A stretch of DNA of 64,000 nt from Macrostomum lignano (lineage: Eukaryota). Every line of letters starts with the position of its first letter. Position 1 is the stretch's first letter. The translations under genes and the position numbers were made by a program. Positions 1 through 13,600 of the stretch are shown here, piece by piece. Location of the stretch: NCBI GenBank assembly GCA_002269645.1, contig NIVC01001554.1:62001-126000 (forward strand). The letters run 5' to 3'. Below the pieces are notes generated by a model. The model worked only from the letters and a program-made list of their open reading frames with translations, had not been told where the DNA came from and searched no databases.

Positions 1-2520
1 GTCAACTACGACTGCCCCAATCACTACGAGGATTATGTGCACCGCTGCGGCAGGTGCGACTGGGAGTTGCTTACTGTATTTAATCTTGTTAGATGTCCTC
101 TTAGACTGATTGACGCCTTTGACCCTCATATCCCTCACGATACCTAAGGGCTGTCACCTTTGACCCTCATCTTCTCCCTCACGATACCTAAGGGCTGTCA
201 CCTTTGACCCTCATCTTCTCCCTCACGATACCTAAGGGCTGTCACCTTTGACCCTCATCTTCTCCCTCACGATACCTAAGGGCTGTCACCTTTGACCCTC
301 ATCTTCTCCCTCACGATACCTAAGGGCTGTCACCTTTGACCCTCATCTTCTCCCTCACGATACCTAAGGGCTGTCACCTTTGACCCTCATCTTCTCCCTC
401 ACGATACCTAAGGGCTGTCACCTTTGACCCTCATCTTCTCCCTCACGATACCTAAGGGCTGTCACCTTTGACCCTCATCTTCTCCCTCACGATACCTAAG
501 GGCTGTCACCTTTGACCCTCATCTTCTCCCTCACGATACCTAAGGGCTGTCACCTTTGACCCTCATCTTCTCCCTCACGATACCTAAGGGCTGTCACCTT
601 TGACCCTCATCTTCTCCCTCACGATACCTAAGGGCTGTCACTTTTGGGTTGACGACTAAACATGGATTTTGGGGAAAGTTTGAGAGTGGGTCAGAGACCA
701 AGCTCTACTGCTACTTTGCTCCCTGAGTCTCCTGATTTCAATGCTAATTATTGAAATATTACACGTAAGCTTCAACTCTACCGCGCAGGACCGGCCGGGC
801 CGGCAACAAGGGCCACGCCGTGACTTTCATCACTCGCGATCAGGAGAAACACGCCGGCGATCTGATCTGGGCGCTTAAATTGGCCCAGGCAAATGTGCCA
901 GCCAATCTGCAGGCTTTATGGGACGCCTACGTGCAGCGAATGGAGGCTGAGGGCAAACCTGTGAGTAGTAGTAGTAGTTAAAGTCTATAGTCGATTTTTA
1001 TTTTATAGGAAACAAAAGTTGCGAGCCAACATCAAAACGCGCAGTTCAATGTGTGCAGACACAGTAGAGAAAGTCAGGACCGCTGTACACCCTGCGTGGG
1101 TGCCTGCGTACTTAATCCGTCTGCTCGCCTCCCCGCTGATAAATCCCTTATTAATACGAATTTCATCACAGTGCGGCTTTAAAGTAAGTGACTTACCGAA
1201 TCACGTCAAATTTACCTCTCGCCCCGCCAGGTGCGCAGCGCCAGCGGCTTCACTCGCCGCTGCAAAGGCTACGCATTTGACGACGAGGAGTCGCGCCTAG
1301 CCAAAGATCGCAAGAAGCTGCAGAAAGCCTCCATGGGTCTGCAGGACTCCGACGACGAGGCCGACAATATCGACGATCACATTGAGGAGCTCTTCGCCCC
1401 GCGACAGCGCGTCAAGAATGTGGCGCCCGGCGCTCCCACTGCCTCATCGACTGCCGCTTCGACCTCAGCGACGCTCACCTCTGCTGCCGCTAGCGGTGTC
1501 GCTTTATCCTCAGCCTCCAACACGGTTGCGGTATCTTCCTTGCAATCTTCTGCTGCACCGTCCACCCCGGCCGCCGCCGCCGCTGCCGCTGCAGCCGCTG
1601 CAATCGCCGCCAACTGGGCCGCTGGTAACGTTGGAGGCGGGGCCGCCCCGGTGGGCTCGGCTGCCTCCGCTGTGCCTGACGTAGCTGCAGCCGCAGCCGC
1701 CGCTGAGCAGCAGCCGCAAAACGAGGAGCTCCAGCGGAAACTGCAGCTGGCCAAGCAGCGGGCCACGCTGGTTAATCTGGGCCGCCAGGAGGACCAGCAG
1801 CAGGCAGCCGCCACAGCCATGCGCGGCTCAGTCAGCCTGAATCCGTCATCGATCTCCGTTAGCAGCAAAACTCTGGCTAACCAGATGGCCGAGCGATTGA
1901 ATGTCCGACTGGGCTACCGGCCAGCCGAGGAGACTCCAGTGGAAGCTGAGGAGACCACTGTGAAACGGTAAGGCCCGGCTGTAGAATTCCAGGTAGAACT
2001 GGATTTTTTAGATGCTTATCGATTTTTTAAGATCTTATAATGTTTCAACTAGCTACTCAGAGTAGAAATAAAAGTTTTTCAACTATTTTTTAAATAAAAT
2101 TACGTTTGTGCTTTTCAATGGTATAACGAACGTTATTGATTATGTATATACTCGTAAAACATTTTATCCTAAAAATCCACCTTGACCCGCAGCTACGAGG
2201 TGGAGCTGGAGATCAACGACTTTCCCCAGAACGTGCGCTGGCGCCTCACCAGCCGGGAGTTCCTTGGCAACCTGTCCGAACTGTGCGACGTCGGCATCTC
2301 CGTACGCGGCGCTTTTATGCCGCAGCGGCCGCCGCCGCCGCCAACTCCCGAAGCAGCCGAGGCGGCAGAGCGGCCGCTCTACCTGCTTGTGGAGTCGCTG
2401 TCGGACATGAACATCCAGAATGCTAAGAAGGAGATCACCCGGGTGGTCAAGGAGGAGCTGCTCCGTCTGCAATCTTCTACGCAGTTGAACCGGCTGCCCG
2501 GTCGCTACAAAGTGCTCTAA
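1..2520 (+). CDS. DDX46: DEAD-box RNA helicase DDX46/Prp5, 3' part (exons <1-53, 789-960, 1231-1967, 2193-2520)
   Basis: Spliced translation VNYDCPNHYEDYVHRCGR/TGRAGNKG (helicase motif VI) ... AEGKP/VRSASGF...KKLQKASMGLQDSDDE ... RYEVELEINDFPQNVRW...GRYKVL*, matching the recalled DDX46 C-terminus; all introns GT-AG with consistent phases. Confidence 0.95.
117..641. repeat. 44-bp intronic minisatellite, ~12 copies
   Basis: Unit GATACCTAAGGGCTGTCACCTTTGACCCTCATCTTCTCCCTCAC recurs at 139, 183 ... 623 in the DDX46 intron 54-788. Confidence 0.95.
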
Positions 2521-2648
2521 GCTGCTTTGCTTCTCTGCCTTGAGAGCGACTGCTTTGTTTGACCCATACACGAATTCAGTAGAAGGGAAACTTTCTTAGA
2601 AAATTATTGACGGCTGGCTTTACGTCTTTTTTTCGAAACAAAAATTGC

Positions 2649-2692
2649 GCAGTGCTCTGATGTGCCAGCGGCCCAGGCTCGATTCCAAATGC
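2649..2692 (+). mobile_element. Fragment of a tRNA-derived SINE-like head (B-box part)
   Basis: GCAGTGCTCTGATGTGCCAGCGGCCCAGGCTCGATTCCAAATGC matches the reverse complement of 25066-25110 with about 6 mismatches and contains B-box-like GGCTCGATTCC. Confidence 0.5.
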
Positions 2693-4930
2693 GTCTAAGA
2701 AACCCAGCCTTCAAATGTTTTTTTTAAGAAACAAAACTTCTACGTTTCTACTTAAGTCGTCAACGGTTTGACCTTGAATGTCCTTGCGCAGCGTTTTCTG
2801 ATGGTTATGGCTTTAAATTTTCCAATATAAATGTGCGCATGGGAAATTTTTAATAAAGCTATCCATTAAGTACTTCGGAATTTTTTCGTTTTTTCTGGTA
2901 CATGATGTGGTATAGAATCGATAATATTTGCATGAGTTAGTTACTCGTAACTAACGAGTATCAGTTTCGCTGGTCAGTTCAAGTCTAAATTATAGTTGTC
3001 ATACAGTATGTCTGTTTCAAAGTAACTGCTACTTGTTTCGTATTGCTACGTATTTGCAATAACAAAAACGGTAATAAAAATTCTGCAATACACACCTAGT
3101 GTTGCACCCATCTGCATTGTGCGTTTTCTGTATCTAAAGATATTTGAAGTTTCTAAATACTGGATTACCTAGAAAACTTCTTTTCGCATATTACAGCGAC
3201 AAAATTTCGGACATGGATGTACGTAATGTTCGTAATATTTTTGGTGGAAAATAATTATTTCGAGACTCGTTATAATTAATAACTCTTTATTCATTCATTC
3301 TACTTGAAAAGGGGAGCGAGCGAACGCATTACAATATGCTTTCTACTTGAAAACTAAAATGCGTATATATAAAGCAACTCCGTTGAGATGCAACTTTTTG
3401 GATAGCTGTGTCAATAAATGAACTGTATTGGGCACTGGTATACCTATAATTATCTTGATGGGTGATAATACTAGGCTTTATCAGTCGAAAATCAGTCCAA
3501 CAAAATAAGATTGCTTGCTATCTTCCGTTCCCGTCGGATCGATGTACATTATACATAGAAAAACATAAATTATGTAGCCGTTAGATGGCTGGAATGGTCA
3601 TGCACCTAATTAATTTACGCTAAATCAATCCTTTAAAGTATCACTCCTTCACGCATGCAAGCCAAACGTTTCATGTCCCGACAAAAAAATCAGCGTTAGT
3701 TTTAAATAAAAGAATTTAAACAAAAAATAATAATTAATAAACAGCTTTCAAGAATATTCATCATACTTTACTGAAAATGCAATGCAGTAGCTTTTTTTTT
3801 CAAAAAACAAACTAAAAATTTTACTTTTACAATTGTTCAAAGGCGCGTCAGTTCCTTTGCCATCATTTTGGTTTAGAAATATGCATCTTTTTGCATTTGC
3901 ATATTTTTTATCGACCAGCAGGACGACAGGAAAGACAAAATCAAAATGCTTTATAAAACGGCAATAATACCTATTTAAAACATTTTAATGCTCTTGTAGG
4001 ATATGAATTCTTTAGAAAAACCTTGTTTTTTGTCTTTGACCATAAGTTTTCTTTCAAAGCAGATTTGTGTTTTTTTTGCATTTTGCGGCTAAACACTGGT
4101 CACTGAATCTGGGGATAGGTTCCATTTATTTAGGACTCTGTCAAAAAACCGAAAGTAGAGGATTTTGATTAAATTTGTTTCTCGTTGATTAAAAAAATTA
4201 TAAAGTATTAAAAATATACTAAAATATTATAAAGTATATATGACAAGTGACTTATCACAGTTTTCATGTGGCATGCTTTTTTCAGTGGTCATACAGGCAA
4301 GCCATGACCATGTTACCATACCTTTTTAGCTAGTGATATGAGCCTTTGATTTTATTATTATTTAATTGCACATATTAAATCACAATTTTCTCGACCCATT
4401 CTTATTCTTAAATAATAAATTTTACAGAAAGTTTTCAACCATAAAGAAAGTAGAAACTATATTAATTTTTAGTGTACAGTTTTATACTGTTTTGCCTAAA
4501 AATGTTAAATTCTATTATCTGGCAGTGCTTTTATAAAAATTAAATAGTATATGGAGTAATTTTGGACTTGAATTACAAACTAAAATTCTAAAAATTCTCA
4601 TCAAGTCAATATTTCAAGTATGTAAAATTTTGGAGTATATGAATATTTGAGTTTTATTGCTTTAGTTTTCCTCTGCACCATGTTTTTTCCCATGTATTCT
4701 AATATACTAATCATACTTCCATTTATAGTGATTAACAGGCAGTAGTATAATTTTTTAATATATTTTATACATTAGATATTGAAATTTGTCATGTCTTAAT
4801 TATACATTAAAAAATTTTAAATATTCAATTAAGTATACAGTTCGAAATCTTGAGTCTGAATGAATAATAGAAATGGGTACATTGTGGCCACCCCAACCTG
4901 ACATTAGATTTAAACTCAACTTTCTTTCAG

Positions 4931-6788
4931 GCAGTCCCTCTGGTTTATGGCGTTGGACCAGGCATTGTCGCCCTGGGATGCCTGCTCTGCCTCACCCTAC
5001 TGTCGGGGCTGATCGCCTCGCGCTTGAAGTCAAGTTCTGCTGGTCGCCAATTTGGTCTTTTAATCGGCGCCGCCGCTCTGTTGGCCTGCGCCGGCTTGCT
5101 CAGCCTTCCACGGCCGGCTGCTCCAGCGGCCGACGCTGCCACGGTCGACTTCATGCTGATTGGCCGGGCCAGCCTGCTGTGCGGCCTGGCTGTGGCCCTG
5201 CTCCTTGCCGGCCTGCAGGAGTTCGTCCTGCTGAACTCGGTTGACGGCGGGCCGGACTTTGTGCACCGGCTTTAACTAGCGGCTGGACCCGCTGGGAGTA
5301 AGACGGTGTATTTGCATGTATGGGAATTTAATTTAATCTCCTAGTTTCTCTTCACGTGTATTAAATTTTTATTTCACTTGTGATTGTACTTTTAACTGAA
5401 ATATTCATTGTATTGTATTGTACTGTGAATATACTTTTGAATGTACTTTTGAATGTACTTTTGATTGCACTGTACTATTGGTTCTACTTTGTATGTACTG
5501 TTGATTGTACTTTTGAATGTACTTTTGATTGCACTGTCAACTGTACTTTTGACTGTGCTGTTTTTTGTACTCTTTATTGTACTTCAGAATATATTGTTTT
5601 TGTACTTTTTAATGTACGAGCTACTTTTAATCGTTTCTAATCCCAATCCCATAAATGCTGGTAATTAATGTGTATCGAACATAAATCCGAATGTTCCTAT
5701 CCATACAAATTTCATTAAAACTCTTAACGTATTCTCGATTTATGATCTTAGTCTGACTGTTTCGTCCCGATGCACTAAAAAACATCCAGCTTGTATCGTG
5801 GACTTTCGCAACTATGTACATGTATTAGCAATTTGAGATTAGTGTCAATCAAACAGCTTCCGGTATTTTAATTGTGCAATTTATGCATCTTTTCTATTCT
5901 TTTCTTTTCAGTCTCCATTTATAGTAAGTATGTCCACGCAGTTTGCACTTAGTATTTTCTACAAATAAATCCTCTGCAATTAAAAATTTTACCCACAATT
6001 ATATTTTCTCAACTTGAATTTAATGATTAATTGATTAATCGGGGAGTTTTAGCTAACAACTATAATAAATTTTTTAATGCTTTCTACGAGTATTAGGTCG
6101 TAGTAGAAAGAGATGAATTATAAGAGACTATACTGTCTTGGCTATAAAACATTTGCTAATTGTCCGATTTGGGAGTGGCTTTTACAAGCTCGAAATTTCA
6201 CATTATAGTTTTAGAATTTGTTTAAGTGACTAACTGGGCGTTGCGACGATGTGAAGTTTCGAGCTTGTGAAAGCTTCGAGCTTGTGAAGTTTCGATCTTG
6301 TGAAGTTTCGAGCTTATGAAAGCTTCGAGCTTAAGAAAGTTTGGAGCTTTTAAAGCCCCCGCCACGTAGAACTTGGCTAAAAGCAGCTTAGTAACTCTAT
6401 ATACAGCTAAGACAACACTTGAATGTGTTTAAATATTGAAGATGATTCGAATTACTCACCCCAGGCCACCGTCGGCTCGGGCCTCATCCTGCTAGCGGTC
6501 CTATGGGGCCTGGCGCTTCTCCTGCTCACCGTGTCCGCCCGGGCGCATTCCGGGCTCCGTTTTATTGGCGTGCCGGTCCTGCTGCTCACCGGCCTGGTCA
6601 CGGCTATTCTGGTCACCATGCCGCGCGGCGACTCGCAACTAGCCGATGCCAGCGCTATGTTCGATGCGATGTACGTGCCAAGGGTTGTGCTGCTGCTGCT
6701 GTTCTCGCTGCTGGCGCTGTCGTCGGGGCTTGTCTACTTCCAGATGGCCGCCGGGTTGCGTCTGGTGCCAGCTGAAACTGCGAGCTGA
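4931..6788 (+). CDS. Unidentified multi-pass membrane protein (partial; exons ~4931-5275/5305, possible 12-nt microexon 5912-5923, 6465-6788)
   Basis: Two GC-rich islands behind good acceptors (TTTCTTTCAG at 4930; ACTCACCCCAG at 6464) encode hydrophobic helices (GIVALGCLLCLTLLSGLIA; GLILLAVLWGLALLLLTV; VVLLLLFSLLALSSGLVYF). An in-frame TAA at 5273-5275 makes the exon joining uncertain; no start exon found. Confidence 0.45.
5400..5625. repeat. Degenerate short AT-rich repeat (GTACTTTTGA-like)
   Basis: Repeated TGTACTTTTGAA / GATTGCACTGT words. Confidence 0.7.
6253..6350. repeat. ~16-bp tandem repeat (AGTTTCGAGCTTGTGA)
   Basis: About 6 imperfect copies read directly. Confidence 0.75.
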
Positions 6789-7647
6789 TTGGCTGGGACA
6801 GATGCGAGTTGCCTGGCTCTGATTGGCTGGGACTAGACTGGTGTGGGGTGCCTGGCTTTGACTGCGATTTGATTGGCTGTGACTGTTACGGGGTGCCTGG
6901 CTTTGATTGGCTGAGACTGTGCTGGTTGATTGGTGATTCGAAAATGACATCTCTTTTAAAAATCATGCTAAGAAGTGTGTCGGGTGTTACCCTCTGATAT
7001 TTTAAGATCTTGCCCGTTTGACTGCTGTGGTTTTGAAATTTACCTACCCAATAACTTGTTATTTTCGTCGTTTTCTGTTTTACAGTGGATGTGCGCACAC
7101 GCACACTACTACTAGTCCATAGGAATTACGTGATTTTCCCGTCCAGAATTGTTTCAGTCTGATCCATTATTGATTTACGCTATTCGCACAAGCCATCAAG
7201 GCTTAAGGTATATTTTACTTACTTTTTTTTAGTGCAATATTTATTGTGCGAAGTTTTTACGGATTTTTTAGTTTTCTATCGCAACAATAAAACAGGCCAA
7301 TTAATGTACTTTAATGTGCAATTTCATTTTGTTGACAATGTGCATAAAAAACAGTGAAACAGGTCGAACTCGCTGTGTATTTTTTCATTTAAATAATTTG
7401 TTTTAATACTTTACGTTTGTGCCTTTCTGGTTTGTTCGTTGTTCTTAGAAGCAAGGTGTACGCAATTAAATTTGTTTAAATTGAGTGAGATCATAAAAAA
7501 ACTATTTAAATAATTTGAGATCGGTGCGCAATGTTGATAAATTTACTCATTTAGAAGTAATTTTACTCGTATATAATAAGTAAAAAATAGGTAGTATAAC
7601 AAAAATTTCATCAATAAGAGTTCCATGCGCTGGCGAACTCCAAAAAT

Positions 7648-10600
7648 TCACTCTGCAGGCTGGTTCTGCTCAATCATATCCTTCACCGACATTGTGAGCA
7701 CCCGGGCGAACTCTGGAAGTTTTTTGTAAACAAAATTAAATATAAAATCTGGCAATATAACGATATAGCCAGCAACCCTGCCCATCAGATCTTCAGTGCC
7801 AGCCCCCCTGTCCACCAGATCTTCAGTGCCAGCCCCCTGTCCACCAGATCTTCAGTGCCAGCCCCCCTGTCCACCAGATCTTCAGTGCCAGCCCCCCTGT
7901 CCACCAGATCTTCAGTGCCAGCCCCCCTGTCCACCAGATCTTCAGTGCCAGCCCCCCTGTCCACCAGATCTTTAGTGCCAGCCCCCCCCTGTCTACCAGA
8001 TCTTCAGTGCCAGCCCCCCTGTCCACCAGATCTTCAGTGTCAGCCCCCCCTGTCCACCAGATCTTCAGTGCCAGCCCCCCTGTCCACCAGATCTTCAGTG
8101 CCAGCCCCCCTGTCCACCAGATCTTTAGTGCCAGCCCCCCCCCCTGTCTACCAGATCTTCAGTGCCAGCCCCCCTGTCCACCAGATCTTCAGTGCCAGCC
8201 TTCCCTTTCCAATGTCCCTAATTCGCACCTTCGATGCTCAGCTGACCGTCGCCGTCCATGTCCACCAGGTTCATGAGTTCTTCGATCTCCTCGTCAGTCA
8301 GAGGCTCCTTGCCCATGGCTGTCAGGCCATCCTTGAGCTCCTGGCGATCAACGTAGCCCGAGCCGTCGGTGTCGAATACCTGTAGAATAAATTTTAAAGC
8401 CTGGATTAGTTTAATTACCGAGTTGAAGTAAAAGGGGTTGTGGCTAGAGCGCCGGACTCACGACTGAAAGTTCGGGGGTTCGATTCTTGCGTCCTTGAGC
8501 AAGACACTTAACTCTGCATTGCTTCAGTTCACCCAGCTGTAAAATGGGTGCCAGAATTAGCTGGGGTAATTGAGGGTGTGTGTGGCGACCCCCAGTCCTT
8601 GGACTGAACAGCCGTACGCAGCCTTCAGATGCGCCTCGCAATAGCTTATATATAGATGTAATGAGGTAGAGGAAGTTACATTCTATACTCGATTTTCTTT
8701 GAAATCAGCTGAAATGCTATATGCTATATAAATGCTATAGAAAGCCCATAGCGCTGAATGGGCTTTTACCATAGACAAACTCGGTCGAAAAAGATACTAA
8801 ATGCAATAGGGTTTCGGCTCGTTTCTAAGAAAATCGAGCTTAACTTCTTTTTCTTCACTCCAACCTCTGCACCACCCGTACTGAAACTTTGATGATAAAG
8901 TGTCCAGCTTAGAGAGAAGATTTTTTATTTTAAGTTTCAAAGAAACTGAATATGGGCTTCTGTGACTGAAGTTTTACAAAAGGATTGCTGAATATACCAA
9001 CAGCTACCGCCATGAGATCTCATGATTCTGTCAAATTGCACTGACATGTAAGTGATCAGATGGATTAAATTTTTGAATACTTTTTTTCAGAAAAATTTTT
9101 CAACTTTCAAGTCGTCCACGATTGATACTTCCTTCCCGCTTGCCCGGACAACTTTTATGAACAGAAAAAAATACAGTAAAGTCCTTGATAACTCACGCTG
9201 AATGCTTTGCGCAGCTTCTCCATCCGGTCGTTCTTCTGCTTCTGCTTCTTCTTAGCCATGGCGCAGAACTCCTTGAAACTAACTGTCCCGTTGCCGTCTG
9301 CAATTGAGCACAAGGCGGAACAATTAATGATAAGAAACTTTGAGTCTAATATGAGCGAACAGGTAGTAAAATTATCCTTAGCTAACCTGTGTCAACTTCT
9401 TCCATCATCTTTTTGATGGAATTCTCCGACACGTCGCAGTCGGCAACCTGCATAACATTTCGCAGCTCAGTCTCGTCGATGCTGCCGCTGTTGTCGGCGT
9501 CGAACAATTGGAAGCAACTGTAGACAACTGGAGCAGCGGGTGGGGCAATGAGGAATCGTGTAACACGTTAGCGGAAGTCGTCTGGGGATCAGCTGCTTGT
9601 GATTTGCTTTGGGTAGCAGTTGAGAGAGTTGTTTCTTGTGCAACTGTCCGAGTAAGCGTTTGTGAAAGCTTCTAAGACGTGTTTATGATATCTTCTAAAG
9701 ACTGTTTGTGAAGGCTTCTAAGAACGATGATATGATGACGTCAGAGAACGTGGTTGTGATGGCTTCTAAGGGATGTGGTTGTGATGGCTTCTAAGGATAT
9801 GGTTGTGATGGCTTCTAAGGGATGTGGTTGTGATGGCTTCTAAGGACGTGGTTGTGATGGCTTCTAAGGGATGTGGTTGTGATGGCTTCTAAGGGATGTG
9901 GTTGTGATGGCTTCTAAGGGATGTGGTTGTGATGGCTTCTAAGGACGTGGTTGTGATGGCTTCTAAGGGATGTGGTTGTGATGGCTTCTAAGGGATGTGG
10001 TTGTGATGGCTTCTAAGGACGTGGTTGTGATGGCTTCTAAGGGATGTGGTTGTGATGGCTTCTAAGGACGTGGTTGTGATGGCTTCTAAGGGATGTGGTT
10101 GTGATGGCTTCTAAGGGATGTGGTTGTGATGGCTTCTAAGGACGTGGTTGTGATGGCTTCTAAGGACGTGGTTGTGATGGCTTCTAAGGATATGGTTGTG
10201 ATGGCTTCTAAGGATATGGTTGTGATGGCTTCTAAGGGATGTGGTTGTGATGGCTTCTAAGGATATGGTTGTGATGGCTTCTAAGGGATGTGGTTGTGAT
10301 GGCTTCTAAGGACGTGGTTGTGATGGCTTCTAAGGGACGTGGTTGTGATGGCTTCTAAGGGATGTGGTTGTGATGGCTTCTAAGGGATGTGGTTGTGATG
10401 GCTTCTAAGGACGTGGTTGTGATGGCTTCTAAGGACGTGGTTGTGATGGCTTCTAAGGATATGGTTGTGATGGCTTCTAAGGACGTGGTTGTGATGGCTT
10501 CTAAGGGATGTGGTTGTGATGGCTTCTAAGGACGTGGTTGTGATGGCTTCTAAGGGATGTGGTTGTGATGGCTTCTAAGGGATGTGGTTGTGATGGCTTC

Positions 10601-13600
10601 TAAGGACGTGGTTGTGATGGCTTCTAAGGACGTGGTTGTGATGGCTTCTAAGGATATGGTTGTGATGGCTTCTAAGGATATGGTTGTGATGGCTTCTAAG
10701 GGATGTGGTTGTGATGGCTTCTAAGGATATGGTTGTGATGGCTTCTAAGGGATGTGGTTGTGATGGCTTCTAAGGATATGGTTGTGATGGCTTCTAAGGG
10801 TATGGTTGTGATTGCTTCTAAGGATATGGTTGTGATGGCTTCTAAGGATATGGTTGTGATGGCTTCTAAGGATATGGTTGTGATGGCTTCTAAGGATGTG
10901 GTTGTGATGGCTTCTAAGGATTTGGTTGTGATGGCTTCTAAGGATATGGTTGTGATGGCTTCTAAGGGATGTGGTTGTGATGGCTTCTAAGGACGTGGTT
11001 GTGATGGCTTCTAAGGGATGTGGTTGTGATGGCTTCTAAGGACGTGGTTGTGATGGCTTCTAAGGGATGTGGTTGTGATGGCTTCTAAGGATATGGTTGT
11101 GATGGCTTCTAAGGGATGTGGTTGTGATGGCTTCTAAGGATATGGTTGTGATGGCTTCTAAGGATATGGTTGTGATGGCTTCTAAGGATATGGTTGTGAT
11201 GGCTTCTAAGGGACGTGGTTGTGATGGCTTCTAAGGGATATGGTTGTGATGGCTTCTAAGGATATGGTTGTGATGGCTTCTAAGGGATGTGGTTGTGATG
11301 GCTTCTAAGGGATGTGGTTGTGATGGCTTCTAAGGATATGGTTGTGATGGCTTCTAAGGATATGGTTGTGATGGCTTCTAAGGGATGTGGTTGTGATGGC
11401 TTCTAAGGACGTGGTTGTGATGGCTTCTAAGGGATGTGGTTGTGATGGCTTCTAAGGATATGGTTGTGATGGCTTCTAAGGATATGGTTGTGATGGCTTC
11501 TAAGGGATGTGGTTGTGATGGCTTCTAAGGGATGTGGTTGTGATGGCTTCTAAGGATATGGTTGTGATGGCTTCTAAGGATATGGTTGTGATGGCTTCTA
11601 AGGGATGTGGTTGTGATGGCTTCTAAGGACGTGGTTGTGATGGCTTCTAAGGATATGGTTGTGATGGCTTCTAAGGATATGGTTGTGATGGCTTCTAAGG
11701 GATGTGGTTGTGATGGCTTCTAAGGGATGTGGTTGTGATGGCTTCTAAGGATATGGTTGTGATGGCTTCTAAGGATATGGTTGTGATGGCTTCTAAGGGA
11801 TGTGGTTGTGATGGCTTCTAAGGACGTGGTTGTGATGGCTTCTAAGGATATGGTTGTGATGGCTTCTAAGGATATGGTTGTGATGGCTTCTAAGGGATGT
11901 GGTTGTGATGGCTTCTAAGGGATGTGGTTGTGATGGCTTCTAAGGATATGGTTGTGATGGCTTCTAAGGATATGGTTGTGATGGCTTCTAAGGGATGTGG
12001 TTGTGATGGCTTCTAAGGGATGTGGTTGTGATGGCTTCTAAGGATATGGTTGTGATGGCTTCTAAGGATATGGTTGTGATGGCTTCTAAGGGATGTGGTT
12101 GTGATGGCTTCTAAGGACGTGGTTGTGATGGCTTCTAAGGGATGTGGTTGTGATGGCTTCTAAGGACGTGGTTGTGATGGCTTCTAAGGGATGTGGTTGT
12201 GATGGCTTCTAAGGATATGGTTGTGATGGCTTCTAAGGGATGTGGTTGTGATGGCTTCTAAGGGATGTGGTTGTGATGGCTTCTAAGGATATGGTTGTGA
12301 TGGCTTCTAAGGATATGGTTGTGATGGCTTCTAAGGGACGTGGTTGTGATGGCTTCTAAGGGATATGGTTGTGATGGCTTCTAAGGATATGGTTGTGATG
12401 GCTTCTAAGGGATGTGGTTGTGATGGCTTCTAAGGGATGTGGTTGTGATGGCTTCTAAGGATATGGTTGTGATGGCTTCTAAGGGTATGGTTGTGATTGC
12501 TTCTAAGGATATGGTTGTGATGGCTTCTAAGGATATGGTTGTGATGGCTTCTAAGGATATGGTTGTGATGGCTTCTAAGGATGTGGTTGTGATGGCTTCT
12601 AAGGATTTGGTTGTGATGGCTTCTAAGGATATGGTTGTGATGGCTTCTAAGGGATGTGGTTGTGATGGCTTCTAAGGACGTGGTTGTGATGGCTTCTAAG
12701 GGATGTGGTTGTGATGGCTTCTAAGGACGTGGTTGTGATGGCTTCTAAGGGATGTGGTTGTGATGGCTTCTAAGGATATGGTTGTGATGGCTTCTAAGGG
12801 ATGTGGTTGTGATGGCTTCTAAGGGATGTGGTTGTGATGGCTTCTAAGGATATGGTTGTGATGGCTTCTAAGGATATGGTTGTGATGGCTTCTAAGGGAC
12901 GTGGTTGTGATGGCTTCTAAGGGATATGGTTGTGATGGCTTCTAAGGATATGGTTGTGATGGCTTCTAAGGGATGTGGTTGTGATGGCTTCTAAGGGATG
13001 TGGTTGTGATGGCTTCTAAGGACGTGGTTGTGATGGCTTCTAAGGACGTGGTTGTGATGGCTTCTAAGGATATGGTTGTGATGGCTTCTAAGGATATGGT
13101 TGTGATGGCTTCTAAGGGATGTGGTTGTGATGGCTTCTAAGGATATGGTTGTGATGGCTTCTAAGGGATGTGGTTGTGATGGCTTCTAAGGACGTGGTTG
13201 TGATGGCTTCTAAGGGACGTGGTTGTGATGGCTTCTAAGGGATGTGGTTGTGATGGCTTCTAAGGGATGTGGTTGTGATGGCTTCTAAGGACGTGGTTGT
13301 GATGGCTTCTAAGGACGTGGTTGTGATGGCTTCTAAGGATATGGTTGTGATGGCTTCTAAGGACGTGGTTGTGATGGCTTCTAAGGATGTGGTTGTGATG
13401 GCTTCTAAGGACGTGGTTGTGATGGCTTCTAAGGGATGTGGTTGTGATGGCTTCTAAGGATGTGGTTGTGATGGCTTCTAAGGACGTGGTTGTGATGGCT
13501 TCTAAGGACGTGGTTGTGATGGCTTCTAAGGATATGGTTGTGATGGCTTCTAAGGATATGGTTGTGATGGCTTCTAAGGGATGTGGTTGTGATGGCTTCT

